From positions 273,120 to 337,119 of IMG/VR virus record IMGVR_UViG_3300023174_005338: a DNA stretch of 64,000 nucleotides, one strand, 5' to 3'. Shown here piece by piece: positions 1-8,879 of the stretch. Position 1 is the first letter of the stretch. The number at the start of each line of letters is the position of its first letter. The notes below the pieces were generated by a model. It ran no database searches, was not told the DNA's origin, and saw nothing but the letters and a program-made list of their open reading frames with translations. The position numbers were made by a program, and so were the translations under genes.

Positions 1-444
1 AAAAACATCAACTACATCGGCAACTGCTTTCCGCACAACTATGCCGATGCCGGTGATTCAGCACGTGGCATGATGACTCTGACGTGGGGTCAAGAACCTG
101 TGTTCCATGCCTGGCCCGGGCAACCTCTTTACAAGGTGCTGAAACTCAGCCAGGTCATAGATTCAGCTCCGTCATTGTTGGCCGCCAACATGCATGTGCG
201 TGTGGAACTGGACATTGATATTTCGTATGAAGAAGCCAATTTCATCAAAGACACCTTTGTCAAGGATTACGATCTCAGAGAGATGGCCTTGATTCCAGTA
301 AAGAGCACCGCAGTAGATGCCGACATGGCGCCCGGAGAAGTCAAATTCGAAAGTGTGGATCAGATTGTAACCGATCAGATCACCAACATTGAAAGCGAAT
401 TCTATGATCCTAAATTATTGTTGAGGATATATCAATCCTTATAA
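1..444 (+). CDS. gp47: Recombination endonuclease subunit (T4 gp47/SbcD/Mre11-like), C-terminal part; 5' end outside the window
   Basis: Frame is open from base 1 (KNINYIGNCFPHNYADAGDSARGMMTL), matching the YxGxP...D...RG tail of Mre11/SbcD metallophosphoesterases. The gp46 partner lies downstream. Confidence 0.85.
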   Translation, partial: KNINYIGNCFPHNYADAGDSARGMMTLTWGQEPVFHAWPGQPLYKVLKLSQVIDSAPSLLAANMHVRVELDIDISYEEANFIKDTFVKDYDLREMALIPVKSTAVDADMAPGEVKFESVDQIVTDQITNIESEFYDPKLLLRIYQSL

Positions 445-447
445 ATA
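440..447 (+). promoter_or_regulatory. T4-type late promoter TATAAATA upstream of the aromatic cassette
   Basis: Exact T4 gp55 late consensus overlapping the gp47 stop codon, 38 nt before ATG 486. Confidence 0.6.
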
Positions 448-485
448 TTGGATTGTTGTAGCATCTTACATTTATTTTCATTACT

Positions 486-2012
486 ATGAGTCAACAAGTT
501 CTCTCTCGGCATCTTTTGTGTCCCGATTTGAAATTTTATCAACACAATTTCGACACCAACCAAACTGCGGTCTTTGACTACGACCAGTTCAGCCGCATGG
601 TAGATTATTGGAAATTTATGTTGGTTGAAAAATACAATGTTCAACACGGGCAAACCGTGATGATTGAATTTAATCTCACCAACATATACTATTTTACAGC
701 TATTTTTGCGGCCTGGGAACTGGGTCTCGTGCTCATAGTTGATTGGATTCATGCGTACAGCGAACAGGAATGTCACGGAAAAAGTTTTACCATACACGGA
801 CAAATAGATCACGCCATAGTTTACAGTGAACAACTAAATCCCAACAACAAGAAATTTTATCTAGAATGGGATGTGTATCGCACTCGTTTACACTGTCGTA
901 ATGTCATAACCGAAATAGATTTTAATAATTATGAAATTAAGGATCACAGTAAATTTGCGGAAATAGCTGAAACCGTTTACGCCAGGCCTGACAGCCAGGC
1001 CATTTGGACCGCAACCAGTGGTAGCACAGGCGATCCTAAACAACAACGCATAGACCACAGATCAGTGTTTCTACAGGCCAAACGATTAATCAATCACCTG
1101 AATTTTAAACCAGAGCAATCGGTACTTCATACTCACAATGTGCATCACGGTGCTAGTGCTTGCTATCATTTTTTACCCAGTCTGATGACTTCTACCAACC
1201 ATTATGTTATGAATTACGAGCATTGGAACGACACTCACAACAAACAATTGGCAGACTTTATTGAAAGTAGAAAGATAAACAAAATATTTTTGTACACGCC
1301 CGACAAGATCTTGGCTTATCTAAACTCTACTGATCCACTCCAGCATGAAGTAGAAATTACTACCTTGTATTTTTGCACCAAAGAAATTGTAAATTTAGCC
1401 AAAGAAAAAAATATCAAAGGCATTTATAGTGTGTTTGGTGACACAACCATTGCCTATGGGTTTTTGGTCAAGGTCGTAGATTTGCAACAGTCGTTAAACA
1501 CTTATGAACCCAGTTGTATAGGACCGCAACTAGACGATTTTTTTGATTTCAAGATTCAAGATGGTCATCTTTACATTCGAAGCAGTGGCTTAGGCAAAAC
1601 AGAGTGGCAGACCAGTAAAGACAATTTTGAACTGAAAGATAACAAATATTATTTCCTAGGGCGCGGAACCGATTACCGCATCAACGATGAATGGATCAAT
1701 CACAACGAAATTGAAAGCAGGATCAATGAACTGTTTACTATCGATCAAAAAGAAGGTGCTACCATAGTAATTGACAACGAAGAACAACAGGTTTATTTGG
1801 CTATATGGATTGAAAATCCGCAAGCCGAACTTGAATTTGATCGTTGGTTAGCACAACGTTATAAAACTGTGACTATCACAAAACGAGCACGAGACTTAAA
1901 CAAAAACGAATTCCTAGGGTCGAGAAAAGTCAGTCGGCAACTATTAAAGGAATACTTTAGATCCAAAGTCCAACGAATTTACAGTTTCACTGATCCTTGG
2001 ATATTATCTTAA
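486..2012 (+). CDS. Divergent ANL-superfamily adenylating enzyme (acyl/aryl-CoA ligase-like)
   Basis: P-loop TSGSTGDPK (A3), YFLGRGTD (A8 hinge) and SRKVSRQLLK (A10 Lys-like). Confidence 0.7.
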   Translation: MSQQVLSRHLLCPDLKFYQHNFDTNQTAVFDYDQFSRMVDYWKFMLVEKYNVQHGQTVMIEFNLTNIYYFTAIFAAWELGLVLIVDWIHAYSEQECHGKSFTIHGQIDHAIVYSEQLNPNNKKFYLEWDVYRTRLHCRNVITEIDFNNYEIKDHSKFAEIAETVYARPDSQAIWTATSGSTGDPKQQRIDHRSVFLQAKRLINHLNFKPEQSVLHTHNVHHGASACYHFLPSLMTSTNHYVMNYEHWNDTHNKQLADFIESRKINKIFLYTPDKILAYLNSTDPLQHEVEITTLYFCTKEIVNLAKEKNIKGIYSVFGDTTIAYGFLVKVVDLQQSLNTYEPSCIGPQLDDFFDFKIQDGHLYIRSSGLGKTEWQTSKDNFELKDNKYYFLGRGTDYRINDEWINHNEIESRINELFTIDQKEGATIVIDNEEQQVYLAIWIENPQAELEFDRWLAQRYKTVTITKRARDLNKNEFLGSRKVSRQLLKEYFRSKVQRIYSFTDPWILS

Positions 2013-2026
2013 AATTATGAATACAT

Positions 2027-3025
2027 TTGTTATCAAGGAAATTTAAAATGACATTTATTACCAAAATTTTTGACGGCTCACAATCAGTAATAAAATTGTT
2101 GCTTGCAATTTTGTTGACGTGGGCAATTCCATCGTGGTCTGCAACATATCCATCGAAACCAGTGAAAATTATCATCAGCTTGCCGATAGGCAGTGGTCCA
2201 GATGCACAATTACGACGGGTGGCAGAAATACTGTCAGAAAAATGGAACCAACCTGTGGTTGTAGAAAATCGACCCGGAGCATCTGGAATAGTGGCCATGA
2301 ATCAAGTGGTAAATGAACCTGCCGATGGATATACATTAGGACTGTTTCACATGGGAGATATTGTGCCATTTCCTATTTTATACAACAACAACAAAGCTCT
2401 AGACAACCTAGTAGTACTGGCTCCATTTTTTACAGCAGACATGGCATTGTTTGTTAGCACCGGTGTTAAAAATCTTGAAGAGCTCAAACAACTTTTAAAA
2501 AGAAATCCCAATTATGGTTCCTGGGGAATAGGAAGCATACAGCATGTTGTCGGTGCAGAGTTTGTTAGTTTGTATGTTGATAATGCCACCCATATTCCTT
2601 ATCGAGACGGTAACTTGTTCACCGATGTAAGCACCAAAACATTGAGCTTTGGTTTTACTAGTCTGGGGTCTGGCAATGCTATGTATCGTGCTAACAAGAT
2701 TCATTATTTGGCCATTGCTACTGACCAACGGCACAAACAATTTCCTGATGTCCCGACTATTAGAGAACTAACTGGTAAAAAAATTGTGGCTCAGAGCTGG
2801 CTAGCATTCTTCGTAAAAAAAGGAATTCCTGATCCAGTCCGTCAACAAATAGAAAAAGATCTACGTGTAGCTATTGCAGATCAAAGAATGCAAGATTTTT
2901 TACTTGAAAATTATTTTATACCTCTCAACAACACAAGTTTAAATCAGTTTGTAAAACAAATTGAGCACGAACGTTCGGTTTACAAAAACAATCTTCAACG
3001 ACACAAAATCAGTCTTACGCAATGA
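2027..3025 (+). CDS. Bug/TctC family tripartite tricarboxylate transporter substrate-binding protein
   Basis: Signal peptide (LLLAILLTWAIPSWSA) followed by YPSKPVKIII, VVVENRPGASG, PADGYTL and FPDVPT. The true start may be ATG 2048 or later. Confidence 0.9.
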   Translation: MLSRKFKMTFITKIFDGSQSVIKLLLAILLTWAIPSWSATYPSKPVKIIISLPIGSGPDAQLRRVAEILSEKWNQPVVVENRPGASGIVAMNQVVNEPADGYTLGLFHMGDIVPFPILYNNNKALDNLVVLAPFFTADMALFVSTGVKNLEELKQLLKRNPNYGSWGIGSIQHVVGAEFVSLYVDNATHIPYRDGNLFTDVSTKTLSFGFTSLGSGNAMYRANKIHYLAIATDQRHKQFPDVPTIRELTGKKIVAQSWLAFFVKKGIPDPVRQQIEKDLRVAIADQRMQDFLLENYFIPLNNTSLNQFVKQIEHERSVYKNNLQRHKISLTQ

Positions 3026-4290
3026 CCCATTACTGGCCCGATCAAAACACCAGCAGAATTCCCTATTGGGCCTATACCGACACTGATGTATATCAGCAAG
3101 AATTACAAAAAATTTGGTATGGACCGCATTGGTGTTATGTTGGGCTTGAATGCGAAATACCCAACACGAATGATTTCAAACTCGGCTGGGTAGGAGAGCG
3201 CGAAGTAATAGTTACTAGAGATCTAGATGGCATCCATGTGGTAGAAAATCGGTGCGCTCACAGAGGTGTTCGTTTTTGTCAAAAACAAACAGGAAATACC
3301 GAGAAATTTGTGTGTGCATATCATCAATGGAGGTACAATCTCAAGGGAGATCTTGTCAGTGTACCTTTTGAAAAAGGCGCACCCAAAAATGGAGAAATCT
3401 GTGGAGGCATGCCAGATAATTTTGACAAGCATAATCATGGGCTGGTAAAATTGCATGTGGCTGTTTTGCACGGAGTGATATTTGCCACGTTTGATGACAG
3501 TGTGTGTGGCATAGAACAATATTTAGGACCCGAAATACTGCCTTGGTTTGAAAGAACATTCAAAGGTCGGACACTGAAATTGCTAGGACATAATCGTCAA
3601 GAAATCAAAGGCAATTGGAAATTGATGATGGAAAACATCAAAGATCCTTATCACCCTGGTTTATTGCACACATGGTTTGTGACTTTTGGTTTGTTCAGGG
3701 CCGATCAATCCACAAGCAGAATGGTCATTGACAAAGAAGGACGTCATGCAGTCATGTTGAATCGTCGCAATCGTGGAATAGCCAACGAAGTAACCAAAGG
3801 AGTTGAATCGTTCAAGCCCAAAATGCAGTTGAACGATACTAGATTATTAGACATAGTCGAAGAGCCATGGTGGACTGTGCCAGACCCCAATGACCCCAAA
3901 CAACCCATCAACCCTACAAACTGCATGCAAACAATTTTTCCTAGCCTGATAATTCAACAACAGATCAACAGCATGAGCACACGACATATTGTGCCTCGCG
4001 GTCCCGGGTGTTTTGAATTTACCTGGACCCATTTTGCTTTTTCAGACGACTCAGAGGACATGATTCAACGCAGACTTAGACAAGCAAATCTTTTTGGACC
4101 AGCCGGATTTGTCAGCGCCGACGATGGTGAAGTGTTGGAGTTATCACAGCAAGGTTTTAATCAATGGCGCACAGATGGAGAATTACTGGTAGAATTAGGT
4201 GGGCCAGATTCTGGACAAACTACCGAGCACATGGTCACAGAAACTCTGATCAGGGGCATGTATAGATACTACAGAAAAATAATGGCATGA
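3022..4290 (+). CDS. nagG: Rieske aromatic ring-hydroxylating oxygenase large subunit, salicylate 5-hydroxylase (NagG)-like
   Basis: Rieske ligands CAH...CAYH; mononuclear Fe motif ENIKDPYHPGLLH; QANLFGPAGFVSADDGE and HMVTETLIRGMY. These match NagG as I recall it. Confidence 0.85.
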   Translation: MTHYWPDQNTSRIPYWAYTDTDVYQQELQKIWYGPHWCYVGLECEIPNTNDFKLGWVGEREVIVTRDLDGIHVVENRCAHRGVRFCQKQTGNTEKFVCAYHQWRYNLKGDLVSVPFEKGAPKNGEICGGMPDNFDKHNHGLVKLHVAVLHGVIFATFDDSVCGIEQYLGPEILPWFERTFKGRTLKLLGHNRQEIKGNWKLMMENIKDPYHPGLLHTWFVTFGLFRADQSTSRMVIDKEGRHAVMLNRRNRGIANEVTKGVESFKPKMQLNDTRLLDIVEEPWWTVPDPNDPKQPINPTNCMQTIFPSLIIQQQINSMSTRHIVPRGPGCFEFTWTHFAFSDDSEDMIQRRLRQANLFGPAGFVSADDGEVLELSQQGFNQWRTDGELLVELGGPDSGQTTEHMVTETLIRGMYRYYRKIMA

Positions 4291-4760
4291 AGGATCTGGA
4301 ACTTAAATTTCAAATTGATCAACTAAATGCCTGCTATGGCGATGCGTTGGATCGACATGATTACAACACATGGATGAATTTTTTTGAAGAAGAATGTTTG
4401 TATTTGGTGCAAAGTCGAGAAAATTTTGATCGCAACTTGCCTCTTGCATTGATACGATTGGAAAGCCATCGTATGATGCAAGATCGAGTTTATGGTTGCA
4501 TGGACACAATTTTTCATCAAGAATATTATCAGCGTCATATAATTTCAGGTTGTGTGATTAGCAAAATAGAAAATAACAAAATTTTTACTAGAACAAATTA
4601 CACAGTTTTTAGAACCAAACCCACAGAATCTTCAGAAGTATTCAATGTTGGGTGCTATCACGATGTCTGGTCGCAACGACACACCGGGCCAAAGTTGGCT
4701 GAACGCAAATGTGTTTACGACAGCGAAATGATTTTGAATGCGTTAATATATCCAATTTAA
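4287..4760 (+). CDS. nagH: Ring-hydroxylating oxygenase small (beta) subunit, NagH-like
   Basis: SnoaL-type beta-subunit motifs (RENFDRNLPL, DRVYG, YYQRH, CVYDSEMILNALIYPI). ATGA-coupled to the alpha subunit. Confidence 0.85.
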   Translation: MKDLELKFQIDQLNACYGDALDRHDYNTWMNFFEEECLYLVQSRENFDRNLPLALIRLESHRMMQDRVYGCMDTIFHQEYYQRHIISGCVISKIENNKIFTRTNYTVFRTKPTESSEVFNVGCYHDVWSQRHTGPKLAERKCVYDSEMILNALIYPI

Positions 4761-4797
4761 TAGTTTTTTTTCACATTCAATGTTATACTGAAAAACA

Positions 4798-6561
4798 ATG
4801 ATTCAAATAAAAAATCTCACAGTAAAAAACTTTATGAGCGTGGGCAACGCCACGCAAGGCATCGACTTTGATCGACGCGACTTGACACTTGTGTTGGGCG
4901 AGAACTTGGATCTTGGTGGCGACGGAAGCCGCAACGGCACAGGTAAAACTACTATAATCAATGCTCTTAGCTACAGCTTGTATGGGCAAGCATTAAGTAA
5001 CATCCGCAAGGACAACTTAGTCAACAAAACCAACAACAAAAACATGTTGGTCAGTTTGGATTTCAGTGTGGACGGCAAAGATTACCGGATTGAACGAGGC
5101 CGTAAACCCAACCTGCTGAGATTCTTTGTAAACAATCAAGAGCAAGTGGTCACAGACGAAGCACAAGGCGACAGCCGAGAAACACAGGATGCCATTGAAC
5201 ATACCTTGGGCCTCAGTCACGACATGTTCAAACACATTCTGGCACTCAACACTTACACAGAACCGTTTCTGAGTCTCAAAGCCACAGATCAAAGAACCAT
5301 CATTGAACAACTCCTGGGCATAACCATGCTGAGCGAGCGTGCCGATCGAATCAAAGAACACAACAGATCCACCAAAGAAGCCATACAGCAAGAAGAATTC
5401 CGTATTCGAGCTGTTCAAGAAGCCAATAAAAGGATAGAAGAACAGATTGAGGCTTTACGACGTAGACAGACATTATGGGTGACTAAACATGAAGAAGAGA
5501 TTACCAAACTCGAAACCGCGCTCGAAGAACTCAAAAAGATTGACATTGAAGCCGAGATTGCGGCCCACAAGGCGCACAAAGTATGGGATCAGAAGCGCAA
5601 GGACCTTAACGACCTGGCTGGACAGATCTCCCGCACGAAGCTTGATAAGGACCGCGAGAACAAAAGCATTGAGAAGCTTGGCAAGGAGATTGCGACACTT
5701 GAAGATCACACATGTCACACTTGCGGGCAGGCTTTCCACGACCATAAGCACCAACAGGTCCTGGCGGGTAAGCAGGCTGATCTGGCAAGAGCGCGAGAAG
5801 CGTGCCAAGAACATACACAGCTCCTTTCAGAACTCGAGACTGCCCACACAGCCTTGGGCACGTTAGGGCGACCACCTGCTATGTTCTATGATAGTGAAGA
5901 GGATGCCATACAACATCGTAGCAGCATGGCTGCCTTGCAAACTCAATTGACAAACAAACAGGCCGAAACAGATCCCTACGGCGAGCAGATAGCGGACATG
6001 CAAGGTCAGGCTTTGCAGGTAGTAAGCTATGACACACTCAATGAGCTGACCAGACTTCAGGAACATCAAGACTTCTTGCTCAAACTTTTGACCAGCAAGG
6101 ATTCATTCATACGCAAAAAAATCATTGAACAGAATTTGAGTTATTTGAATGCCAGACTCACACACTACCTGGATAGGATTGGCCTGCCGCATACCGTGGT
6201 GTTCCAGAACGATTTGACTGTGAGCATCGAGGAGCTGGGTCGTGAGCTGGACTTTGACAATTTGAGTCGTGGCGAACGCAACAGATTGATCTTGAGCATG
6301 AGCTGGGCCTTTCGTGATGTGTTTGAAAGCCTATACCAGCCCATCAATGTGCTGTTCATAGACGAAATGATTGATTCGGGCCTGGACACACAGGGTGTAG
6401 AAAATGCTCTTGCGTTGCTGAAGCACATGAGCCGCGAACGGCACAAGAGTATTTGGTTGGTCAGCCACAGAGATGAGCTAGCCGGAAGAGTTGAAAACAT
6501 ACTCCGAGTGGTCAAAGAAGGCGGCTTTACCAGTTACAACACGGATGTAGAAATTGCGTAG
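4798..6561 (+). CDS. gp46: Recombination endonuclease ATPase subunit (T4 gp46/SbcC/Rad50-like)
   Basis: Walker A NGTGKTT, coiled coil with CHTC zinc hook, signature LSRGE, Walker B LFIDE and H-loop VSH. Confidence 0.93.
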   Translation: MIQIKNLTVKNFMSVGNATQGIDFDRRDLTLVLGENLDLGGDGSRNGTGKTTIINALSYSLYGQALSNIRKDNLVNKTNNKNMLVSLDFSVDGKDYRIERGRKPNLLRFFVNNQEQVVTDEAQGDSRETQDAIEHTLGLSHDMFKHILALNTYTEPFLSLKATDQRTIIEQLLGITMLSERADRIKEHNRSTKEAIQQEEFRIRAVQEANKRIEEQIEALRRRQTLWVTKHEEEITKLETALEELKKIDIEAEIAAHKAHKVWDQKRKDLNDLAGQISRTKLDKDRENKSIEKLGKEIATLEDHTCHTCGQAFHDHKHQQVLAGKQADLARAREACQEHTQLLSELETAHTALGTLGRPPAMFYDSEEDAIQHRSSMAALQTQLTNKQAETDPYGEQIADMQGQALQVVSYDTLNELTRLQEHQDFLLKLLTSKDSFIRKKIIEQNLSYLNARLTHYLDRIGLPHTVVFQNDLTVSIEELGRELDFDNLSRGERNRLILSMSWAFRDVFESLYQPINVLFIDEMIDSGLDTQGVENALALLKHMSRERHKSIWLVSHRDELAGRVENILRVVKEGGFTSYNTDVEIA

Positions 6562-7420
6562 AATACGAGTCTTACACATTGAACCCACCGACGTTTGTCA
6601 GGCTGCATGCCCGTTGTGTGCCCGAGAGACTGACCCAAACTTTAATAAAAGTTTAAAGCATCATCTCAGAGTAGAGCACATACAAAAACATTTTTCAGAA
6701 CAAGTAATTTCCAAACTGGATAAAATGTTCATGTGTGGCAATTATGGTGATCCGGCTGCAGGCTACTATACCATGGACATCTACAACCACTTTAGAAAAG
6801 TCAATCCAGAAATTGTGTTGGGTATGAACACCAATGGTGCTGTGCAAAGCACGTTCTTTTGGCATGCGTTGGGACGATTGTTCAATCAGCCCAAAGATTA
6901 TTGTGTGTTTAGCATAGACGGATTAGAGGATACCAATCACGTTTATCGTAAAAATGTCAATTGGGCCAAGCTAATGAGCAACGTTCAAGCCTACATTGCC
7001 GCAGGTGGAAGTGCCCATTGGGACATGCTGGTGTACAAACACAATCAACATCAAGTGGATGCTTGCCAGCAACTGGCTCGTGACATGGGATTCAAGTGGT
7101 TCCGTGCCAAGGTCAGCAAGCGTGGATTCACTGATCATTTAGAATTTCCCATCGGGTGGCAACCGCCTGCGGTCAAGGCGGGGCCCATCAAATGCCATGT
7201 GATTAATGAAAAAAGCATGTACATTGATGCGCAAGGTCGTGCCAGTGCCTGTTGCTGGCTTGGTGCCACGCAACAAGATTTTGTCAAAGATGATTTGGCA
7301 ACTGTAAAATTAACTTGGAAAACAGACACACCCAATCCGGTGTGTGTCAGTGCTTGTTCCACAAACAAAAATAAAACCGTATTCCAAGACCAATGGCAAC
7401 GCGAGGTACAACTGTGTTAG
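6554..7420 (+). CDS. Radical SAM protein with C-terminal SPASM/twitch-like Cys cluster
   Basis: CQAACPLC motif, GNYGDP, TNG, FSIDG; C-terminal YIDAQG...CC. Confidence 0.85.
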   Translation: MRRIRVLHIEPTDVCQAACPLCARETDPNFNKSLKHHLRVEHIQKHFSEQVISKLDKMFMCGNYGDPAAGYYTMDIYNHFRKVNPEIVLGMNTNGAVQSTFFWHALGRLFNQPKDYCVFSIDGLEDTNHVYRKNVNWAKLMSNVQAYIAAGGSAHWDMLVYKHNQHQVDACQQLARDMGFKWFRAKVSKRGFTDHLEFPIGWQPPAVKAGPIKCHVINEKSMYIDAQGRASACCWLGATQQDFVKDDLATVKLTWKTDTPNPVCVSACSTNKNKTVFQDQWQREVQLC

Positions 7421-8424
7421 CCACCTGGCATTTTCATATCGAAATCAGTTCAAAGTGTACCCTGCGTTGCCCACGCTGTGCCAGACAAGAGGTTCCCGAC
7501 AGTTTAGTAAACACTGAACTGGATTTAGAATTTTTTAAAAGAAACTTTACCGCAGAGTTTGTTCTTGACAATGTAGAAAAGATCACATTTTGTGGTGACG
7601 ACGGTGATCCTATCTATGCTCACGACCTTATACCAGTGATTCAATACATCAAGTCAATCAAACCTGTTGAGATTGTAGTTGTCACAAATGGATCACACAA
7701 GAAACCAGAATGGTGGCGTGAACTTGGTGGCGTGCTTAGTGAGCAAGATACTGTACACTTTAGCATCGACGGTTGGGACTACCCAAGCAACAATCTGTAT
7801 CGTGTCAACAGTGATTTCAACAGTATTGTCGACGGAATCACTGCACTACGATCAACCTCTGAGTGCCACCTTGTGTGGGCTGCCATTGTCTTTGGGTTCA
7901 ATGAACACCAACTGGGCGCTATGAAAAATCATGCACGTTTGCTAGATATGGATGTATTTCAACTTACCAAGAGCACCAAGTTTGGCTCCGTTTATCTCTC
8001 CTACGGTCCAATCGATGAGCTAGAGCCCAGCCGGCCGTTTGTCAGCAGTTCACACAGATTTGAGAGAGATGTTACACCGATAAGCTCGCGTGGACTCAAT
8101 TCACAGACAAACACCAAGAACATACAATTATACAAATCTGCTGTAGAGATCAACGGTGTAAAACCCCTGTGTGAAATTGGCAACAAAGGACTTTATATTG
8201 ACGCCCAAGGTAGATTATTCCCTTGCTGTTGGGTAGCAAACCGCTACAGTCACAATTCAGAATGGAAAGCTATTGCTAACAAATTTGATTTGAATCGTCG
8301 CACACTGGCCGACGCTGTAACTGACGATTTTTGGTCAACAACATTTAAAACCTTTGGGTGGCAAGAGTGCCAGACTAAGTGTGTAGCGAGCAGGGTAAAT
8401 GAAAAATATGCAACTGAGTGGTAA
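7414..8424 (+). CDS. Radical SAM protein with SPASM/twitch-like domain (paralog of the upstream gene)
   Basis: CTLRCPRC, GDDGDP, TNGS, FSIDG and YIDAQGRLFPCC. Likely GTG start at 7414 with a GAGG SD. Confidence 0.85.
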   Translation: MLATWHFHIEISSKCTLRCPRCARQEVPDSLVNTELDLEFFKRNFTAEFVLDNVEKITFCGDDGDPIYAHDLIPVIQYIKSIKPVEIVVVTNGSHKKPEWWRELGGVLSEQDTVHFSIDGWDYPSNNLYRVNSDFNSIVDGITALRSTSECHLVWAAIVFGFNEHQLGAMKNHARLLDMDVFQLTKSTKFGSVYLSYGPIDELEPSRPFVSSSHRFERDVTPISSRGLNSQTNTKNIQLYKSAVEINGVKPLCEIGNKGLYIDAQGRLFPCCWVANRYSHNSEWKAIANKFDLNRRTLADAVTDDFWSTTFKTFGWQECQTKCVASRVNEKYATEW

Positions 8425-8442
8425 AATGATAAATTATAGTCC

Positions 8443-8871
8443 ATGGTATGGCTGTACGAAAACACTCCGATTGAACAACTACCCGAAGACTGTGTTGGTT
8501 TTGTTTATTTGATCACAAATAACGTTACCGGCAGAAAGTACATTGGAAAAAAATTAGCAAAGTTTAGCAAGACCTCATATCGAGTAGTAAAATTAAAGAA
8601 CGGCTACAAGAAACGTAAAAAGATAAGAAGCAAAATAGATTCAGACTGGCAACTATACTATGGCAGCAACGATCAACTCAACCGAGACATTGCAGAGCTG
8701 GGCTCAGACAACTTCACAAGAGAAATATTGTTTTATTGCCGATCAAAAGCAGAATGCAGTTATGTTGAAGCACGCGAACAATTCAATCATAAAGTATTGG
8801 AATCAGATGACTACTACAATGGACAGATTGTTTGCCGTATACACGGAAGTCATATAAAAAACAAAATTTAA
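8443..8871 (+). CDS. Short stand-alone GIY-YIG nuclease
   Basis: GFVYLITN...KYIGKK, Y(Y)GS, REIL...E and YYN motifs. No C-terminal NUMOD DNA-binding tail. Confidence 0.8.
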   Translation: MVWLYENTPIEQLPEDCVGFVYLITNNVTGRKYIGKKLAKFSKTSYRVVKLKNGYKKRKKIRSKIDSDWQLYYGSNDQLNRDIAELGSDNFTREILFYCRSKAECSYVEAREQFNHKVLESDDYYNGQIVCRIHGSHIKNKI

Positions 8872-8879
8872 ACTTAGAT

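Noticed and set aside
486-4760. Cassette as host contamination
   Set aside because: Flanked seamlessly by gp47 and gp46, preceded by a phage late promoter, and more AT-rich than typical betaproteobacterial nag genes. Read-level confirmation is still needed.
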